Source of the DNA: a bacterium
Lineage (GTDB): Bacteria > Desulfobacterota > DSWW01
Reading direction: 5' to 3'
Length of the DNA: 64,000 bases
Assembly (NCBI GenBank): GCA_040756235.1
Contig: JBFLZG010000024.1
Span: forward strand, 1-64,000
In this document: in pieces, positions 60,042 to 64,000 of the stretch
Layout of the letters: each line of letters opens with the position of its first letter
Numbering within the stretch: position 1 is the first letter of the stretch
The notes under the pieces: generated by a model
Told to the model about the DNA's origin: nothing
Seen by the model: only the letters and a program-made list of their open reading frames with translations
The model's database searches: none
Made by a program: the position numbers and the translations under genes

Positions 60042-61967
60042 TCAAGCTCTCCCGATGTTGTACCTGCGTATCTTCCGGTAGAGGGTCTGCCGGCTGATTC
60101 CGAGGAGGCGAGCGGCCTTGGCGCGGTTCCCTCCGGACCTCTCCAGCATGCCGAGGATCTCCTGCGGGCCGCCGCCACTGCTTTTTGGGTGCCCGTGCCC
60201 CGGACTGCCGGCATGCTCCCGGATCTCGAGCGGAAGGTCGTCCATCCGGAGCGTCTTTCCCGAGGTCACGATGATCGCCCTCTCGATCGTGTGCTTCAGC
60301 TCTCTCACGTTCCCGGGCCATGGATAGTCCATGAACGCCTTGAGCACCTCGTCCGAAACGCCGACCGTTTCCTTGCGAAATGTCTTACTGAAGAGCTCGC
60401 AGAAGTGGCCGACCAGAAAAGGGATGTCCTCGCACCGCTCCCGCAGGGGCGGCAGGTGGATCTCGACCACCTTGAGACGATAGTAAAGATCGTTGCGGAA
60501 CTCCCCGGTGCGGATCTTCTCCTTGAGGTCGCAGTTGGTCGTGGCGATCATCCGGACGTCGACTCTTCTGGAGATCGATTCTCCGACCCTTTCGATCTCC
60601 TTCTCCTGAATGACGCGGAGGAGCTTCAACTGGACCAGGGGCGAGATGTCCCCGATCTCGTCGAGCAGGATCGTTCCCCTGTTGGCAGCTTCGAAGCGGC
60701 CGAGCTTGTCCCGGCTGGCACCGGTGAACGCGCCTTTGACGTGGCCGAACAGCTCGCTTTCCAGCAGGTTTTCGGCCAGGGCGGAGCAATTGACGGCTAC
60801 GAACGGGGCGCCAGCGCGCACGCTCTTGGCGTGCAGGGCGCGCGCCACCATTTCCTTGCCGGTGCCGCTTTCACCCGTGATCAGGACCGTCGTGTCGATG
60901 TCCGCGAGCCGGTGCAGGAACGTATAGATCTCCTGCATCTTGTGGCTCTTGCCGACGATTTCCTGGTACCGGCTCCGTTCCTTCAGCTCGTTTTCCAGGT
61001 AGACGAGCCGGGAGACGTCGCGGATGACCAGCACGGCCCCGAGGAAATCTCCTTTCGGTCCGGCCAGGGGAGAGCTCGAAACGACCACGGTCTGTCGGTC
61101 GTCGGGCCGGCACCGGCACTCCACCTGGCGCTCCTGGATGGCCGCCCGGGTCTTCAGAGTCTCGGCCAGCACCGACTGGCAAGATTGATCGCAATGCCTG
61201 GGGAAGCCGGTGAAGGGCCGGCCGACGATATCTCGAGGCGGCAGGCCGCAGACGAGCTCGGCAGAGGGGTTGGCCGCCGTCACGATGCCCGCCGGGTCCA
61301 CGGTGATGATGGCATCCTGGACGCTCCTGAAGATCGCTTCCAGGTGAGCCCCGTGCTTGAGGATCTGCTCCTTGTCCTGCGCTCCTTCCATGGCCCTGGA
61401 AATGATCTGGGCGGCGGTGCGCAGGATGTACAGATCCTCCTCCGCCCACCTGCGGTGGAAGCGGCACTCGTCGAACCCCATGAACCCGTGGAACTCGTGC
61501 CGGACGGACAGGGGCACGATGAGGAGCGACTTGATCTCCTCCTCGCGCACGATCTTTCTTTCGTGCTCCGTGGCGACCTGAAGGGAGTTGCTCAGGTTGA
61601 CGATCTTTCTCTTCTTGAGCTGGTCGGCGATCCACGGCAGGATGAGCGTCTCGTGATCAAGATCGATCCCGGAGGTGACCCCTCGGGCCGTCCACTCGCA
61701 GGCCAGGCGGAAGGCGTCCGCATCGTCCAGGCGCGTGAAAATGTAGACCCGGCTCACGTCCAGGGTCTGGCCGAGCGTTCTCAGCGACAGGCGCAGGAAC
61801 TCCTGCATGTCCTCGACCGAGACCGCCCTGCCGGAGATCTCGGCGAGCATCTTCTCGAGGGCGACCCTCCTGTTCAGGCTTTCCTCGATGCGCTGTTCGT
61901 CGCGTCGCGCTTCGGTGGAGACGATTCTGAAGCCGCGGACCTTCTCCGTGGGAGGGTTCCCGCTCAT
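60042..61967 (-). CDS. Sigma54-dependent activator (GAF + PAS + AAA + Fis HTH)
   Basis: [31 protein letters not shown] and [12 protein letters not shown]. Confidence 0.95.
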   Translation of the reverse strand: MSGNPPTEKVRGFRIVSTEARRDEQRIEESLNRRVALEKMLAEISGRAVSVEDMQEFLRLSLRTLGQTLDVSRVYIFTRLDDADAFRLACEWTARGVTSGIDLDHETLILPWIADQLKKRKIVNLSNSLQVATEHERKIVREEEIKSLLIVPLSVRHEFHGFMGFDECRFHRRWAEEDLYILRTAAQIISRAMEGAQDKEQILKHGAHLEAIFRSVQDAIITVDPAGIVTAANPSAELVCGLPPRDIVGRPFTGFPRHCDQSCQSVLAETLKTRAAIQERQVECRCRPDDRQTVVVSSSPLAGPKGDFLGAVLVIRDVSRLVYLENELKERSRYQEIVGKSHKMQEIYTFLHRLADIDTTVLITGESGTGKEMVARALHAKSVRAGAPFVAVNCSALAENLLESELFGHVKGAFTGASRDKLGRFEAANRGTILLDEIGDISPLVQLKLLRVIQEKEIERVGESISRRVDVRMIATTNCDLKEKIRTGEFRNDLYYRLKVVEIHLPPLRERCEDIPFLVGHFCELFSKTFRKETVGVSDEVLKAFMDYPWPGNVRELKHTIERAIIVTSGKTLRMDDLPLEIREHAGSPGHGHPKSSGGGPQEILGMLERSGGNRAKAARLLGISRQTLYRKIRRYNIGRA

Positions 61968-62268
61968 CGGAGGATTCTCCGCTGCAGGACCGGGTTCTCC
62001 TGCCTGTTCCGGCGTGGCGGATCACGGCCTCGGAGCGAGCGAGCACGCTTTCCGGGAGCCGAATCCCGGGACCGGCTCCTCGTGCGCGCTTGCTCAGGCC
62101 TTGGTCGAGGCGTTTCCTTTGACGGTTCCCGACAGGAGGAGGGGAGGAGGACAGATGATAAATTTTACAGGAGATTTTTGCAACCTGGGCCTGCAGATCC
62201 TCACCTGCAGCGTCAGAGAAGAATGCCCAAGACCAACCTTTCTTCCCGACACCTGAAACCTTCTTGCC

Positions 62269-64000
62269 TCACAGGCCTTCCCACGGTTCCAGGCCGGAGA
62301 AGTACGCGTGAGGATCCTCGACCCATTGCCGCGGCTCCGTGCTTTCAGGGTTCACCAGCGGAAGGATGAGCCGGGACGGATGTCCGCGGTCGCACAGGAT
62401 CTCGCTCTCCGAAGCGTAAGGACTGGGCAGGAGGTGCGGAACGTCGGAGTTCGCGATATCGATCCGGATCTGGTGCCCGGCGCGGAACAGATTCGAAGCG
62501 GGCCACACCTCGATCACGTACTCGTAGAGCTCGCCTTCCCGGGGCAGGGCCGGAAGCTGGTCCTGGGGGTAGTCGAAAGGATCATAGCCGGGAAGGGTCC
62601 GGTCGGGCCGAAGCGGGTCCGGCCGATGGGAGGCGGCGAGCCAGCCCGAGGTCACGTTGGCGACCCGCCCGTCCGGAAAGACGTCGTTCACGTTCACGAT
62701 CCAGTGCACGTCCGGATCGGGCGGCTCGATCGGAACAGGAGGAAGGCTCCCAGGATCCGCAGGGCCGAACCAGGTGCGTGCCCAGAGCCTGAGCACCATG
62801 GGCCCGGTCACCTCCACGTCATGGCTGAGCCGCGCGGTCGAGAAGGTCAGGGTCAGGAGCTCGTTCTGTCTCTCGTCCTCCGCGGACGGGTGCCAGGCCG
62901 TGAGGCCCGCGAGCCACCGACAGGTGGAGCGGGAGTAACGGCCCGCAAACTGCGGCGGCCGGTGGGCGACGTGCACCGGGGCGGTCGCCTGCGCATCGTC
63001 GATTTGATCTGCCCGCTCCTCCGGCCAGAGCAGGGTCCCGTTGTTCAGAGAAGGGTTCCGGTCATCGAGCTGCTGCCGGCTGCTGAGGTACAGGGTCTCG
63101 TAGCGCGCGCGCTCGAGCGGCCACCCCCGCTCCTTGCGCCACTGCTCGGCGCCCATGACGTAGAGGCACACCGGATAGGCCGGATCGAGGATGTCGAAGA
63201 GCGGATACCTCGGGTCTTCGTCCGCCTTGAGGTGCCAGTCGAACCATCTCTTGTGCAGCGTTTCGGCCGGCACGCCTTCGAGCATGGCGCCCGGCGTGTG
63301 GTACCATGGGCCCACGATCAGGCGTCTGGGCGGCCGTAAGCCGGGAGCCCGGTCCCGGCTCACGGCATCCAGGCCTTCGTAGTTCAGCAGGCTGCCCCGG
63401 GTGAAGATGCAGAACCATCCGGCGGTGGCAAAGACCGGGAGGCCGGCCAGGGCCTCCCAGTGGTACATGGGCGAACGCTCCCAGAAGAACTCCTGGTCGG
63501 TGGAGAGCTCCTGCAGGAGCGAAAGCAGCTCGGGGATCCGGGTCCAGTGCTCCCACAGGGCTTTCATCGCGGACAGGGGGTCCGTGAGGAGCTGGGTGCC
63601 GGGAAGGATCGAGAGCGTCATGGTCAGGGTGGACCAGAAGAGCATGAACTCCTGGTCGAAGATGCCACCCTGATAGAAGATGTCCCGGTAGGCGTCGGCC
63701 ATGGCCACGCCGGGGAAGATCGCCTTCAGGCGCTCGGGCTTGCGCGCCGCGCTGAGGTACTGGAGGATACCCATGTAGCTGGGGCCGAACATCCCCGCTT
63801 TGCCGTTGCTCCAGGGCTGGGCGGGGATCCACTCGTCGATGGCCCAGACAATGTCGTCGACCTCTTCCCCGGAAAAGACTCCCCACCTGCCCTCAGAAGA
63901 CCCGGTGCCCCTCACGTCCAGAAGCATGACGGCGTACCCTTGGGACGCCAGCCACGCGGGATCAGGCGAGGCGAGCTGAACGATCTCTCTGCGGTAGGCC
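62269..64000 (-). CDS. CocE/NonD family hydrolase (Peptidase S15), 5' end outside window
   Basis: DVRGTGSSEG, QPWSNGK, GPSYMG, GPWYH and FRAGHQIRIDI; frame is open to the window edge. Confidence 0.9.
   Translation of the reverse strand, partial: AYRREIVQLASPDPAWLASQGYAVMLLDVRGTGSSEGRWGVFSGEEVDDIVWAIDEWIPAQPWSNGKAGMFGPSYMGILQYLSAARKPERLKAIFPGVAMADAYRDIFYQGGIFDQEFMLFWSTLTMTLSILPGTQLLTDPLSAMKALWEHWTRIPELLSLLQELSTDQEFFWERSPMYHWEALAGLPVFATAGWFCIFTRGSLLNYEGLDAVSRDRAPGLRPPRRLIVGPWYHTPGAMLEGVPAETLHKRWFDWHLKADEDPRYPLFDILDPAYPVCLYVMGAEQWRKERGWPLERARYETLYLSSRQQLDDRNPSLNNGTLLWPEERADQIDDAQATAPVHVAHRPPQFAGRYSRSTCRWLAGLTAWHPSAEDERQNELLTLTFSTARLSHDVEVTGPMVLRLWARTWFGPADPGSLPPVPIEPPDPDVHWIVNVNDVFPDGRVANVTSGWLAASHRPDPLRPDRTLPGYDPFDYPQDQLPALPREGELYEYVIEVWPASNLFRAGHQIRIDIANSDVPHLLPSPYASESEILCDRGHPSRLILPLVNPESTEPRQWVEDPHAYFSGLEPWEGL

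Overview
High-GC window, most consistent with an anaerobic Desulfobacterota/Syntrophobacteria-like deltaproteobacterium (inferred from gene content). About 45 real CDS. Housekeeping genes include polA, glpK, comM, tag, plsC, a ThiI/MnmA-like enzyme and a 37-aa ribosomal protein bTHX hidden in an apparent intergenic gap. These sit among three sigma54-controlled catabolic loci. (1) 7.5-22.2 kb: a divergent pair of operons. One holds a complete corrinoid methyl-transfer module (MtaA/URO-D-like methyltransferase, AcsE-like methyltransferase, corrinoid protein, RACo, DUF1638) plus a two-subunit CoA-transferase and a bEBP. The other holds a Glu-less crotonase and a Tat-less Psr/Phs-like Mo enzyme with FeS and NAD(P)H/GltD-like subunits. 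(2) A stand-alone alkylsuccinate synthase alpha subunit (assA/masD) with its own -24/-12 promoter and bEBP but no small subunits or activase. (3) A quinohemoprotein amine dehydrogenase operon qhpA-C-B lacking all maturation genes. Also present: an orphan, motif-degenerate Cas6 with no CRISPR array, two MITE families, several REP-like families and an internally deleted acyl-CoA synthetase. No rRNA, tRNA or CRISPR array was seen. All calls come from motif recognition by eye; no searches were run.
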